Assembly: GCF_964194155.1 (NCBI RefSeq)
Contig: NC_135894.1
Span: forward strand, 24,924,001 to 24,988,000
Direction of reading: 5' to 3'
Source: Cetorhinus maximus
Taxonomy: Eukaryota
DNA length: 64,000 nt
Positions 38,135 to 50,566 of the stretch are shown piece after piece. The notes under the pieces are model-generated. The model worked only from the letters and a program-made list of their open reading frames with translations. It made no database searches and was not told the origin of the DNA. The translations under genes and the position numbers were made by a program. Within the stretch, counting starts at the first letter, position 1; each line of letters opens with the position of its first letter.

Positions 38135-38625
38135 ACAACACTAGCGCACTCCACAATCACTAGCACACTCCACAATCCACTAGCGAACTCAACAATCACT
38201 AGCACACTCCACAATCACGAGCCCACTCCACAATCAATAGCCAACTCCACAATCAATAGCCAACTCCACAATCAATAGCCAACTCCACAATCACGAGCCC
38301 ACTCCACAATCACGAGCCCACTCCACAATCAATAGCCAACTCCACAATCAATAGCCAACTCCACAATCAATAGCCAACTCCACAATCAATAGCCAACTCC
38401 ACAATCACGAGCCAATTCCACAATCAATAGCCAACTCCACAATCACTAGCAAACTGCACAATCACTAGTGCACTCCACAATCACTAGTGCACTCCACAAT
38501 CATTAGCACACTCCAAATTACAAGTCCAGTCCACCATCACAAGTCCACTTCACAATCATAAGCCCACCCCACTATAGTGATTATACTCCACGATCACTAG
38601 CCCACTCTGTGATCACTAGCCCACT
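38135..38625. repeat. 19-bp minisatellite, about 25 units
   Basis: Unit ACTCCACAATCAATAGCCA with ..TCACGAGCCC and ..TCACTAG variants. Confidence 0.95.
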
Positions 38626-38971
38626 CTGCACCTGCCATTATCTGGCTGTTAATGATGCACTCATTGATTTAGACCCTTCCGCACCACATGCCCTCTTTAA
38701 TAGCCTTTTCCAAGTTGCATGTGGGAAACCTGTATAACGGAATTTGGGAGAATTCTTTATCTTTAGCAGCCTCTGTGCAGACTTTGGCAGCATAAGGACA
38801 TATTGAGGCATCACAGTCACCCCTGAATTGCAAAGCCACAATATTACACATCTGTATGACAGGAAGCTCATCCTCACGTTCAATTCATAGATCAATTATC
38901 TTTCATCCATTAAGGACGAACAAAAGGGATATTTGGGGGTGGGGGGCACACAAATTTGGCATAGAATCATA

Positions 38972-39566
38972 GGGCAGAGATTTTCGCTTGGCTGGTGGGC
39001 GTGTACTCGACCTACTCGAGTGTGAAATGACGCACATTGACGTCGGCAGCCGTGCGATAGTTCAGTCAGCGGGCATGCGCCAGAGCCGACAGTGTGCCCA
39101 CCGACAATTAAAAGGCCTGGTAAGGCCATTAAGTTAACAATTAAATTATTCGCTGCCCGTACAAACTAACGGTCGGTGGGCAGGCGAAAAGGCCAAGCGG
39201 CCTTTGCATTTTTTTGGAAATCTCATCCATGGGCGGGATGAAGTTTCCAAAAGCAAATAAAGATAAAATAAAAGTTTTAACATGTCCCTGCTCATGTGAC
39301 AGAGTTACATGAGGGGACAAGTTTTATTGCATTTTAATTTTTTTTCATTTTCTTTTTTTTAACAGCGCTTCATCTCCCTGAGGCAGCTCCATGGCTCAGG
39401 GAGACGACGAGGCGCTCACTCGCGCACATGCGCAAACTTTGCGCTCAGCCCCGCTCGCCCTCCTCCCTGTGCCCGCAGAGGCAGCGTAAAACCGCGATCC
39501 GGTGGCGATCGCAGGCAGCAGGCGGCTTGCCGACCACCCCCGCCCACCAAGGGCAAAATTCTGCCC
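38972..39566. mobile_element. Harbinger-like MITE family A inserted in a CR1 tail
   Basis: TIRs GGGCAGAGATTTT / AAAATTCTGCCC; 3-bp TSD ATA. Confidence 0.85.
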
Positions 39567-39990
39567 ATAGAATGGTTACACCACAGAATGAGGCCATTCG
39601 GCCCATGTCCATGCTGGCTCTCTACAAGAGCCACTCTGCTAGTCTCGTGCCCTTAACCCTTCCCCGTTGCCCTGCCAATCTTTTCTCTTCAGATAATTAC
39701 CCAACTATCGTTTTAAATTCTCAATTGAACCTGCCTCCACCACACTCTCAGGCAGTGCCTTCCAGGTCCTAGCCACTTGCTGCATGAATACATTTTTCCT
39801 CATGTCATCTTTGGTTCTATTGTCAATCACCTGAACCCTCTGGTTCTCAATCTTTCCACCAATGGGAACAGTTTCCGCCAGTCGACTCTGTCCAGACCCC
39901 TCGTGATTTTGGACACCTCTATCAAACCTCTTCACTTCTCTGAGGCCCAAGCTCCTGATGTGTCTCCTTGATACATGAAGCTGTGTGACT
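39567..39990 (-). mobile_element. CR1 3' fragment
   Basis: MRKNVFMQQVARTWKALPESVVEAGS; (CATAGAAT)n tail split by the MITE. Confidence 0.85.
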
Positions 39991-40139
39991 GCCTTGTGCT
40001 GAAATGCAAAACTTACAGCATTTTCAATTGGGAAAAAGTAGATAATTAAGATTTCATTTGTACAAAAATCAATACCTGGAAGAGAGGAAAGGGAAGGCCA
40101 GTGTAACAAAGTGGATCGATTAGAACATTTACAAAGAAA

Positions 40140-40590
40140 ATAAGACCTGCATTTATATAGCACTTCTCATGACCAAGGGACCACTGGATGTCTCAAGTTG
40201 CTTTACAGCAAATTAAGCACTTTTTGCAGTGCAATTGCTGTTGTAATGTAGGAAACGCATTAGCTCATTTGTGCACAGAGGTTCTCACTAACAGCACTAT
40301 AACAGTGACCTGTTTTTGGGATGTCGATTAAGGAATGAATGTTGGCCAGGGAACCGGGGCTGACTTGCCTGCTCTTCTTCGAAATAGTGCCGTGAGATCA
40401 CTTACATCCACCCGAGTGGGCAGATGGGTCCTTGGGTTAACATTGCATCTGCAAGACAGCACTTCCAACAGTGCGGCACTCCATCAGTACAGCACTGGAG
40501 TGTCAGCCTTGATTTTTGCAGCCAAGCCCTGGAGTGGGACTTGAACACAGAACATTGTGATTCAGCAGCAAGAGTGCTCCCAGCTGAGAT
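40140..40590 (-). mobile_element. SacSINE1/DeuSINE-like SINE
   Basis: Reverse match to tail, core and tRNA-like head. Confidence 0.8.
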
Positions 40591-40814
40591 ACAATCGACA
40601 CACTTAGGATGGCTAGAAACATTTGGATTGTTTTTATTCATTGTAAAATGATTATGGAAAATAAGTGTTAAAAGTGTTCAAAAAATGCTGAGAGATATTT
40701 TAAACATTCTCAGGCTGATCATTCCAGAGACTGATTATCACAGTCATCTGTGTGGGAGTGCCAGGAAACAAAGCTTTAAAGGGATTGTTCCAACACAGTA
40801 CTATGGAAAAAACA

Positions 40815-41552
40815 CCAGAACATACAAATTAGGAGCAGGAGTAATGCCACTTGGCCCCTCAAGCTTACTCCGCCATTCAATAAAATCATGGTTGATCTGG
40901 CTGTGGCCTCAACTCCACATTCCCGCCAACCCCCAATAACCTTTGATTCAATGTAACGCTGCTTTAAAAATATTCAATGACCCTGCCTCTTCTGCTCTTG
41001 GGGGAAGAGAGTTCCAAAGATTGACGGCCCTCTGAGAGAAAAAAATTCTCCTCATCTCTGTCTTAAATGGGAGACCCGCATTTTTAAATTGTGTTTAATT
41101 GTGTACAACAGTAGGGTGGCCGAGCTGTGCTATTAATGATAGAGTTGATCTGTAGACACTTCTTGGGTGGAAGCATTAAGTTTATTTACAATATACTCAG
41201 CAGCCACCACATGTGTGCTTTCAACTCCAACTCTATCTCTACACTGACTGCCGAGGTAGCCTGTGCTACTCTCCTATTGGTTACTACAGATCATGTGATC
41301 TTCCTTAACAAGAATTATTCTTAAAGGTACATTTCACACTAAATAAAACCATAATCACTATATTCCCCTAGTTCCAGTCTCTCCCACGTGGGAAAACATG
41401 CTTTCAACATCCACCCTGTCAAGTCCCCTCCGGATCTTATGTTTCAATAAGATCACCTCTCATTCTTCTAAACTCCAATGGATACAGGCCCCAGTCTATC
41501 CAACCTTTCCTTGTAAGACAAGTCCCCCATCCCAGGTATCCATTGAGTGAAC
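40815..41552 (-). mobile_element. CR1 3' fragment with a ~270-bp solo-LTR-like insert (~41095-41362)
   Basis: CR1 3'UTR and AATAAGATCACCTCTCATTCTTCTAAACTC flank an unrelated segment. Confidence 0.75.
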
Positions 41553-41849
41553 AAAGCAAAACTCCGATTAATAGAAGAGATATCGCAGCTGGCTGCAGGA
41601 TATCTGGAAGATGCGAAAGCTGATTGAGAAGACAGTGATGGGCTGGCTTGCCATTGAGACTGGACAGCCTAGGGTACAGACTAAAGTGGAAATAAGAACA
41701 GTCTCCAGCCTAGCCTCTTTCTTTTATATATCTTTCTTTCGATTTGGAGCTCAGTCTTGCCCTTCGGGCACTGTGTTTCTCTGCAAGAGAGATGTGTGCA
41801 GTGTTTTTCACAACCTCATTCTCAAAGCACTTTGCAGCCGACGATGTAT

Positions 41850-42215
41850 TTCTGAGGCACAGTCACTGTTGCCAAGTGTGAAGGGGGTGGGGGCGGCCAA
41901 TTTCTGATCCCTCAAACAGCAATGTGACAATAGCCAGATCACCTGGTTCTTTTTTAGTGATGTTCGTCGAGGGACCGATATTGGCCAGGACACCCAGGGG
42001 TAACTCCCCAAGAATAGGGCCATGGGATCTTTTACATCCACCTGAGAGGGTAGACAGGGCCTGAATTTAATGTCACACCCAAAAGACAGCACCTCTGCCA
42101 CTGTAGCACTCCCTCGGTACTGCCCTGGAGTGTCGGCCTAGATTGTTGTGTTTGCGTCACTGGAGTTGAACTTGGGCCTTCTGACTCAGAGGTGAGAGTG
42201 CTACCCAGAAATCCA
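41850..42215 (-). mobile_element. SacSINE1/DeuSINE-like SINE
   Basis: GGGATCTTTTACATCCACCTGAGAGG; CTGACTCAGAGGTGAGAGTGCTAC. Confidence 0.8.
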
Positions 42216-42714
42216 CAGTGCAGGGAAACTGCTCTCTCAAACAATATGGCTCCAAGGGGTGAATTTTACGCATGCTGAATTCAGATTCCACTGCCACATC
42301 ACCCACCCGCCGCCCCTCCCCTGCCGGCATATTTGAAGGAGGGAGGGCACATAAATAAAGCAGGCCAGTGCCTCCCCCCAACCCTGACCTGTCCCCCATG
42401 TTACAGGGTTGGGGAAGTGAGCAGGTACGGCATCAGGGAGCCCATCCGCCCTTTGGCCTATTGAGGCCCTTAAGCAGCCAATTAATGGGAGTCAGCAGGG
42501 TCACTATTGAACACACAGTAAGCACCAGCGCTTCAGAAGCTTGAGAGAATCATCGTCTTTCACCCCCGGGCCTCCGAGGCTCTCAGAGTTGCTGCAAGCT
42601 CCGCAGCATTACCATCCAGAGAGGCCTAACAATGGAGCAGATGAAGAAAATAGAACTCCGTGCATTGCCAAGAGCGGAGAGAGTGCCCTGCAGTGATGGC
42701 AAGGGTGTGATCAT

Positions 42715-43360
42715 ATAAACGATCTTGATCCGTGTATAAGAGGCACAGTTGCCGAAAGTTACAGTTTCTGCATAAGTAGGGAGGCAAAGCTAACTGTGAA
42801 GAGGACTGGCACCTACTCAGGGGAACACATCAGGCTTAGTCAATTGGCCAGAAATCTATGAGGAGAATTTAACGCAGAGAATTTTGAGCAAGGTTTGTTT
42901 GAGAGGAAGAATAAGGAGAGGATGTTTTTTTTTTCAAAACCAGAAAAGGAGCAGAGTGACCTTTTGGTGCTCTGATTTTTAAAAGTGGAAGAACGAGTTG
43001 GAGAAGCTGTGGGGTACAAAATGAGTGTGGGCTGTTAGAATTTGTAAATGGTGACATCGAGCACAAAGACAAAGAGGCAATGCTAAACTAACGCAAATCA
43101 TTGGTTAGGCTGCTGCCAGGATATTGTGCCTCGTTCTGGATGCCCTCCTTTAGGAAAGGTGCCAATCAGACTGGGGGTGGGTGGCAGGGGAAGAGTGTAG
43201 CAATGGGATCAGTCTTGAGAGATTGGTTCTGAGGAAAGAAGAAATGCCTTATGAGAAGGGGTGATGAAAACAGAATCTGTGATTGCTTTAAAAAAGGAAG
43301 TGGGTAAATATTCAAAAAAGAAAAAAATGTAAAAGGGTCTGGAGAAGGGGCAGGGGTGTG
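42715..43360 (+). mobile_element. Heavily decayed CR1 fragments
   Basis: INDLD-like start at ~42716; TGGATGCCCTCCTTTAGGAAAG resembles WxPxxRK. Confidence 0.5.
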
Positions 43361-43712
43361 GGCCGAATGGCACCCTCTATTATGTAAAATTCCTACATTA
43401 ACCTTCTCTGATTCCTTAGGATGTAGAGTGTTGAGGCTATTTTTATGTGGATTGACACCTGAAGCATCCACTGCAGTGGCCCATGCTCTTTTGAGAGATG
43501 TTACAATTGGATTTACAATCTTTGGCAAGTAGGGAGCTCGGCTGTAGATAGCCCCAGAGTCACCAAGGTACAGGTCTGTTGAAGCATCTGCAATCCTCAT
43601 GGATGCCTTCACATGTAACCACCAGATGGTGGATTGGCACACCTCGTAGTAACATCAAAAACTGCTCATGCACAGTTAGTCAGCTCTTATATGTAGGCCT
43701 CATACAAAACAT

Positions 43713-44416
43713 GGGGCTGAATTGTCCCCCTGTCAGGGGGGTTGTGCAGGGGCAAGTGTGATCAGCACCCCCGATTGGGGACGCATCGCCACTTTTTGTG
43801 GGTGGGCCAATTAAGGCCCACCCAGCGTGAAGCTTGCCCATAAGCGCGAAGCGCTCCCTGTGCGGGCGGGGTGGGGGGGGTGGATTCCTGGAGTTGTTCC
43901 CTGCGCTCTTCCGCGCATGTGTGTGAAAGAGAGCAGAGATCTCCCTGAGGCATCTCCGTGCCTCAGGGAGATCGGTTTGACATGTGTAAATTTAAATAAA
44001 GGAAAATAAAAACTTTTAAAACATGTCCCCTCATGTGACTCTGTCACATGAGCTGAGACATGTGAAAGAATTATTTTTTAAATTTTTATTGACTTTTAAA
44101 ACACTTCATGAAACCCCATGCCGCCCATGGATGAGGTTTCATGAAAAATGCGAAGGTCGCACGGGGTCTCTTCGCCTGCCCCCCAACCTTAAGGTTGGAC
44201 GGGCAGCTCAGCTGATTGAATGAATTACTATTTAAATGGCCTTACTAGGCCTTTGACAGTTCAGCGGATGCGCAGCCGACTCGGGTGCATGCCCGCTGAA
44301 CTGAGAACCAGAATGACGCGCGGTGATGTCAGGACGCACGCCCGATGTCACCACGCGTTATTTTACATGTCGGCGAGCTGGCCCTGCCCCCATACGCCAA
44401 CCTGAAAATCCGAGCC
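43713..44416. mobile_element. Harbinger-like MITE family A
   Basis: GGGCTGAATTGT / GAAAATCCGAGCC ends; shared internal ACATGTCCCCTCATGTGACTCTG and GGATGAGGTTTC. Confidence 0.78.
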
Positions 44417-45912
44417 TATAATTCGACTCACGCATAAGACAACTCAACTTTTCCAGCCCCAAATATCATGTTATGGCATATTCTCGGCAAATTTCAAGCC
44501 CATTTCAACCACAACAGCCCACTGTTATCTGGTCCTGCCTAACACGGGAATCGTACCAGGTGGGACAGGTAATTTGACGGACCAGCAAAAAGTCTGTTGA
44601 CTTCAAGTGGGATTTGCTGTCCCACAGTGAGCGGGACTGGAAATCCCCGCCCAATATGTTATACTCACATTAGTAGTCAGCCTTATTTTTCACCCCACAA
44701 ATGCATGGTTTACTTACCCACACCTTACCACTGGCACAAGGGATCAAGCAGGCGATACGGGCTCTGTTATGAAGATGCACGGGAGTTTGAGACATGCCCA
44801 CTCTTTCCATTGGAAGCCAATGACATTTCAAAATGGTGACCAGCCAACACTGCTGTACTCAATGTATAAGTCGATCGCCATTTTTGGAAGGATCTTTCAA
44901 GGCTTCTGGGGTCAATTTATATGCCGACATCTACGGTAATAAGAACTTTCCATTGATTGGGCAAATGACCCCTTGGGGTTCAGGCTTGAGTGTGTTGTCT
45001 AAATGCAAGTTCATGACTGAGACACAAAACTACAGTAATTATTACCTTTATACAGCACACTGAGATCTCCTGCAGACCCAGGGGGATCAGGTGCAACTTC
45101 TGGAGGTGTTTTTCTTCTGACTGTTCTGGGGAAACTCTACTTATCCCTCCTACTAAAGTCCAGAACCTTCTCCTTTGACATCAAGTTATGTCACCTGATG
45201 CTCAGCAATGTGTAATAAAATGAGATTCCTCTGTACGAATCTCCAGGCTACGATATAATGGCTGTTTCAACAACACAAAAGAACAGAAGACAACCTGGCT
45301 CCTTATCCATTGGGTTTGCTGTCTCCCATTGTTACAAACAAACTGTGAATTTCAAACCCATCCTAGCTTGACAAGGCCTCAGAATGTGAACAACTTAAAA
45401 TGGCCGACAACTCGAAACTAAGAATGATTTGCTTAGGAAGCCGAACAAAGCAGATTTGAACAAGGGGTCTCACAATGGGCTTCAGGGATACCTCCAAATT
45501 CACCTGCTCCATTGTCCCAGACTTCAGGTTATCATGGCCTGATCGAACGGACACAAAGTTTAGGTTTAGTGACACTCTCTGCTGTTGTACGCTGCTTTGT
45601 CTACTGTTGAAATGTCAGAGGGTCGAAGAGCACAGAGCACGTAGAGTGAGATTTGAAGTGTATTCGTCCAACTTGCGAATGAGCAGTGTAAGGTTATGTG
45701 AAGCCTAGGTTGGTAGGTTTCGGGAGGATTGAGCATAGTGCAGGATAATGGGTTAATAGTTATGGTAATGAGATAGTGATATGTATCATGATGTAACAGT
45801 GACATGAGCAGTCACGTGCAAGAGACTGGGAAGAAAAGATGGAATAGTCTGCACAAGAGAAAGATGTACTTACCGAGAAGCTAGGAACGTACTATAATGT
45901 AAATGTTTTAAG

Positions 45913-46138
45913 TTCTTTCACGGGGTGTGGGCGTCACTGGCTAGGCCAGCATTTATTGGCCATCCCTAATTGCCCTGGAGAAGGTGGTGGTGAGCTGCCT
46001 TCTTGAACCGCTGCAGTCCGTGTGTTGTAGGTACACCCACAGTGCTCTTAGGGAGGGAGTTTCAGGATTTTGATCTAGCGACAGTGAAAGAATGGTGATA
46101 TATTTGCAAATCAGGATGCTGAGTGGCTTGGAGGGGAG
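45913..46138 (-). mobile_element. CR1-group LINE 3' end, inside a possible solo LTR (~45688-46243)
   Basis: Matches the 3' end at 32255; flanks read TGTAAGG...AATAAA. Confidence 0.8.
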
Positions 46139-46264
46139 TTTAAATAAAGTAGTTTCTGAAGAAACCAAGTTACTTATAGGTTGTGGAGACCTTACCAATC
46201 TAGAACAGGCCACAAGTTACCCAAAGAGAATTCCAAATAATATTCGAAGAGAAAAAAAAACACA

Positions 46265-48240
46265 AACCACATAGAACCATAGAATCCCGGGATGGTTCAG
46301 TACAGAAGGAGTCGTATCAATTCTGGATCTCTGCTGGTGCTACTCACCTAGTCCCATTCCCCAGCCTTGATCCGTGTCCTGCAATTTTTCTCTCTTCAGG
46401 TGCTTAGCCAATTCCCTTTTAAAAGCCATGACTGAACTGCTCCCACCACACCCTCAGGGAGTGCGTTCCAGATCCATACACTCACTGCATAGAAACTTTC
46501 TTCCTCATGTTGCCTTTGGTACTGTTGCCAGTCACCTTAAGTCTGTGTCCCCTGGTCCTTGACCCTTCTGCCAGTGGGAACAGTTTCTCCCGATCTACTC
46601 TGTCCAGGCCCCTCATGATTTTGAAAACCTCTATGCAATCTCCAATCTCCTCTCAACCTTCTCCCCCAAGGAAACCAGCGCCAGCTTCACCAATCTATCC
46701 ACGGAACTGAAGTCCCTCATCCCTGGAACCATCTTCTGTACCCTCTCCAAGGCCTTCACATCCTTCCTATAGTGTGGTGCCCAGAACTGGACACAGTGCT
46801 CCAGTTGGAGCTGAACCAGTGTTTTATACAGGTTTATCATAATTTTCTTGCTTTTGTACTCTGTTCCCCTATTTATAACACCTAGGATCCCATATGTGCT
46901 TTTAACCACTTTCTTAATCTGCCCTGTGACCTTCAAGGGATTGTGCACGTATACCCCCAAGCCCCTCTGCTCCTGTATTTCCTTCAGAATTGTTGCCTTT
47001 ATTTTATATTGAATCTCCATGTTCTTCCTCCCAGAATGAAACACTTCACATTTCTCTGCACTACATTTGATCTTCCACATTTCTGTCTATTCCCTCAGCC
47101 TGTCTATGTCCTTTTGAAGTTTATCACTACCCTCCTCATGGTTCACAATATTTCTGAATTTTGTGTCATTTGTAAATTTTAAAATTGTGCCCTATAACCC
47201 AGGTCTAGGCCATTAATATAGACCAAGAAAAGCAGTGGTCCTAATAACGACCCCTGGGGAATCCCATTCCAAATCTTTCCCCTGTCTGAATAACAAATGT
47301 TCACATTACTCTCTGTTTCCTGTCACTCAGCCAATTTAGCATTCATGTTGCTACTGTTCCATTTATTCCATGAGCTCTAACTTTGCTGAAAAACCTGTTG
47401 TCTGGCACTTTATTAAATACCTTTTGGAAGTCAATACACACCACATCAAACACATTACCCTCATCAACCCTCTCTGTTACCTCATCAAAAAACTCTATCA
47501 ATTTAGTTTAACACAACTTGTCCTTAGTAAATCTCTGCTGGCTTTCTTTAATTACTCCACATTCATCCAATTAACTGTTAAATTTTGTCCCAGATTATTG
47601 TTTCTTAAAGATTTCCCACCATGGAGGTTAAACTGACTGAGGGGTAGTTCTTGGGCTTATCCTAACATCCTTTTTTGAACAAGAATGTAACATTTGCAAT
47701 TCTCCAGTCCTCTGGCATCACCCCTATATACATGGAGGTTTGGAAGGTTATGGCCAGTGCCTCCGCAATTTCCACGTTTACTTTCCTCAGCATCCTCAGA
47801 TGTATCTGACCAGCGCTGGTGACTTAACAACTTTAAATACCTCATTCAGCTTTTCTAATGCTTCCTTTTGGTGTTCAATTGTTCTGTGTTTGATTATGTA
47901 AGCCTGTTTACTTTTGATGCTTATTTGCTTGATTAGTTAAGCGTGGGTGTGGACTCAGGGAAAAGTAAATAAACTGTAGAAAGAGCTGGAAACCAGAGCT
48001 GAAGCATGGAGTAGACATTTTAAAGCATTGTGTAAAAGTCTTTAAATAAACTTCCTACACATGTAGAACTAGTGTCATCTCTGCATAGATCCAAGATATA
48101 AAATTTACAATTCTCCTTCATCAATTTTTAGCCCACCCAGCGTCTCAACCACCTCCTCTTTCACTATGACTGAGGCAAAATCTTCTTCCTGGGTGAAGAC
48201 GGATACAAAGTGCTCATTTAGTCTCTCAGCTTTGCCCTCA
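46265..48240 (-). mobile_element. CR1 ORF2/3' fragment (~2 kb, internal deletions, insert at ~47870-48109)
   Basis: LYKTLVQLQLEHCVQFWAPHYRKDVKALERVQK; CATAGAACCATAGAAT tail. Confidence 0.9.
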
Positions 48241-48419
48241 GCATGGAGCCTCAGTCAGGACTAAAAAAGTCTTCTTTCCTAAGAAGAAAATTATAGATTC
48301 CTAATAGGTGTTTGCGGTAGCTGAGACCACACATTCTTCAAATTTACCCCAGAAGCTCTGAATTAGTTTGAAAAACACTTTCACAAATAACCTATGTATC
48401 TTTTATTTATGTCCATTCA

Positions 48420-49185
48420 CAGTTTAAGGTGGGAGCACTTCATTTGCATCTGTATTTTTTTTTTTGCTAGTCATTATAGAGACCACAGGAGAAAAATCAT
48501 CCGTCTGTAAAATATTAAGTTGCCATGGAAAGTGCTATGGCAACCTAACATTTTAAACCACCCAAGCAATGACTTGTAACAGCAATCTAAATTTACATTT
48601 TATTCTAGACGCTTTAATTGACAGTCCCAACATCCGTTTTTGACAGTGTGTTGACACTCAGGCTTCAAACCTCTATTAACAGAAAGTAAAAGGAGATAAA
48701 GTGATTACTTGTGTACATACTGTCGGCATTCATTAAATATAAGATAGGAAGATGTGATGGAAGACAAATCAGAGTACAGTCTGCTTGTGTGAGGGGCAAT
48801 TGAGAGAAGGGGCAGAGGAAATGGTTCCTTTTCATATTGACTTACATTCACGCACAATAGTGGGCTGATGAGCGCTGCTTTAGATATCAAAGAATCACCT
48901 CTGATTGCCCAGAAATGACATTTGCTAGTGGGAGATTATAAATCGCCCTGAATCCAAATCACAGAGGCAAACCTGGAGCAGCCTTCATCACCTGTGCCTT
49001 TGACGTGTCTCATTATCCGCGGGCTCAAAACGATTGCCTTTTCAAAATTTAATCCCAAGCTTTATTAAATTGTGTCTTGTTCAAAAAGGAAGGCAGAATG
49101 GTAGCAGCAAGCGTCCTCTAAAATCACAAGCTTCAAAAGTGAAATAAATCATCAAAGGGCGTTATATCAGCTGGTGTCCCAATCC
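48420..49185. promoter_or_regulatory. Candidate developmental enhancer / conserved non-coding element
   Basis: Repeat-free island with clustered RFX, Meis, TCF/LEF, Pbx-Hox and Otx-type motifs; conservation not testable here. Confidence 0.4.
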
Positions 49186-49189
49186 AAAG

Positions 49190-49645
49190 GGATGGGTTTT
49201 CTGTTTGGGGCCGGGATCCCAATGTCGGGATCAAATATGGGTCCTGACCCCACACCATGTCGAGATAAATCACCCGAAGTGATTTTTGTGGGTTTGTCCA
49301 TTAGTGGCCAGAGGGTGCGCTCACAGTCCAGTTAAGGGCATTGGGTGAGGGTCTTCCGCTCGACTGGGGCCCTCCAGCGCTGAAGGAACTGCAGCCTGCC
49401 AATGCAGGTAAGGGAGAGAGAAGCCACCTCAAGATCTCAGCACTTCTCAAATATATGGAAATAAAAATGGGCACAGCTGCCCCTTTGAAGAGTGGCGGAG
49501 AAATCCTTTCCATGGGGCAGGCTGCAGGCCTCAACCACTTCCATTTTTCATTATCGGCAGTGGGGGGGAGGTGTTTGAAAGCAATCTGGAGCTGCATTTA
49601 TACAGTGTCTTTTATGATGCTGGGACCGGCCCTAAGCATTTTACA
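49190..49645. mobile_element. Harbinger-like non-autonomous element (family C)
   Basis: 5' end shared with 60609 (..GATGTCxGGxTCAAAT..GTCCTGACCCCACACC). Confidence 0.55.
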
Positions 49646-49654
49646 ACCAATTAA

Positions 49655-49932
49655 ATCATTTCAAAGTGTAGTCGCTGTTGTAACGTAGGAAGCGCAGCAG
49701 CCAATCTGCACACAGCAGACCACAATAAGATAGATGACCAAATCATCTGCTTTTTTCATGATGCTCTTGTTTCGAAATAGTGCCCTGGGATCTTTCACAT
49801 CTGCTTGATAGCATTGACGGCACATCGGTATGGCATTTCGTTGGAATGATGGCGCCTCCGACAGTGCAGCACTCCCTCAGATGTGCCGCAGAACATCAGC
49901 TTAGACTTTGTACTCATACCTCTGGAGTCGGG
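49655..49932 (-). mobile_element. SacSINE1/DeuSINE-like SINE fragment
   Basis: GGCGCCTCCGACAGTGCAGCACTCCCTCAG. Confidence 0.8.
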
Positions 49933-50566
49933 CAGAGGATTTGCAATTAGGGCAAGGAAGTTATTAGTGGTTTATAAACCATTAATACCAAGTACTGGGA
50001 TGCCTGTCCCGTAATCTCCAAGAGCATAAATTATACACTTCAAAGGGATAAGTTGTCTCATGCCCTCCAACAATTTTGAAACTCGTCTCACGTGCACAGA
50101 ATTATTTTAAAAACTATTAATAGTTGAAGCTCAAGAATTCGGGATGGTATATTCAAGGTTCCATGCGCAGAAAGTACATCCTATGAATAGACACTGGTAT
50201 AATAACAATGTGAGTATAGAGGCTCAAATGAGGTTAGGTAGGCCTGGACTTATAGGAAACATTCGTTAAAGGTTAGTGCACAAGCTTAAGATAGAATGTA
50301 TTCTTGGTATGATTGCACAATGCATAAGGAATTGGCTGCAAGAGGACACAAAGGATTAAAGTGTTAGTCTAGTGGGGTGTACTTACTGGAGTTCCCTGGG
50401 GATCACTGGCTGATAGCATTGGGCACAGAATTGTCCTATTGTGGAGCAAATTGAAAATAAGATTTGCAGACTTTCCCAAACTGAACTGGAGGAAGCTGTG
50501 GCTCATTCGCAGTGGTATATCTACTGTATCTCCTTGTGATCAGGCTTAAATATTAGTGAATACACT

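Noticed and set aside
38135-38625. CRISPR-like periodicity
   Set aside because: Contiguous 19-bp units, no unique spacers, no cas genes, eukaryotic context.
38638-38895. Minus-strand ORFs with a plausible acceptor near 38851
   Set aside because: No recognisable protein similarity and no convincing donor.
44718-44930. Minus-strand exon-like segment (ttcttattaccgtAG ... TGG/GTAAGT)
   Set aside because: Stops in all three frames. It could be a non-coding exon, but that cannot be supported without RNA data.
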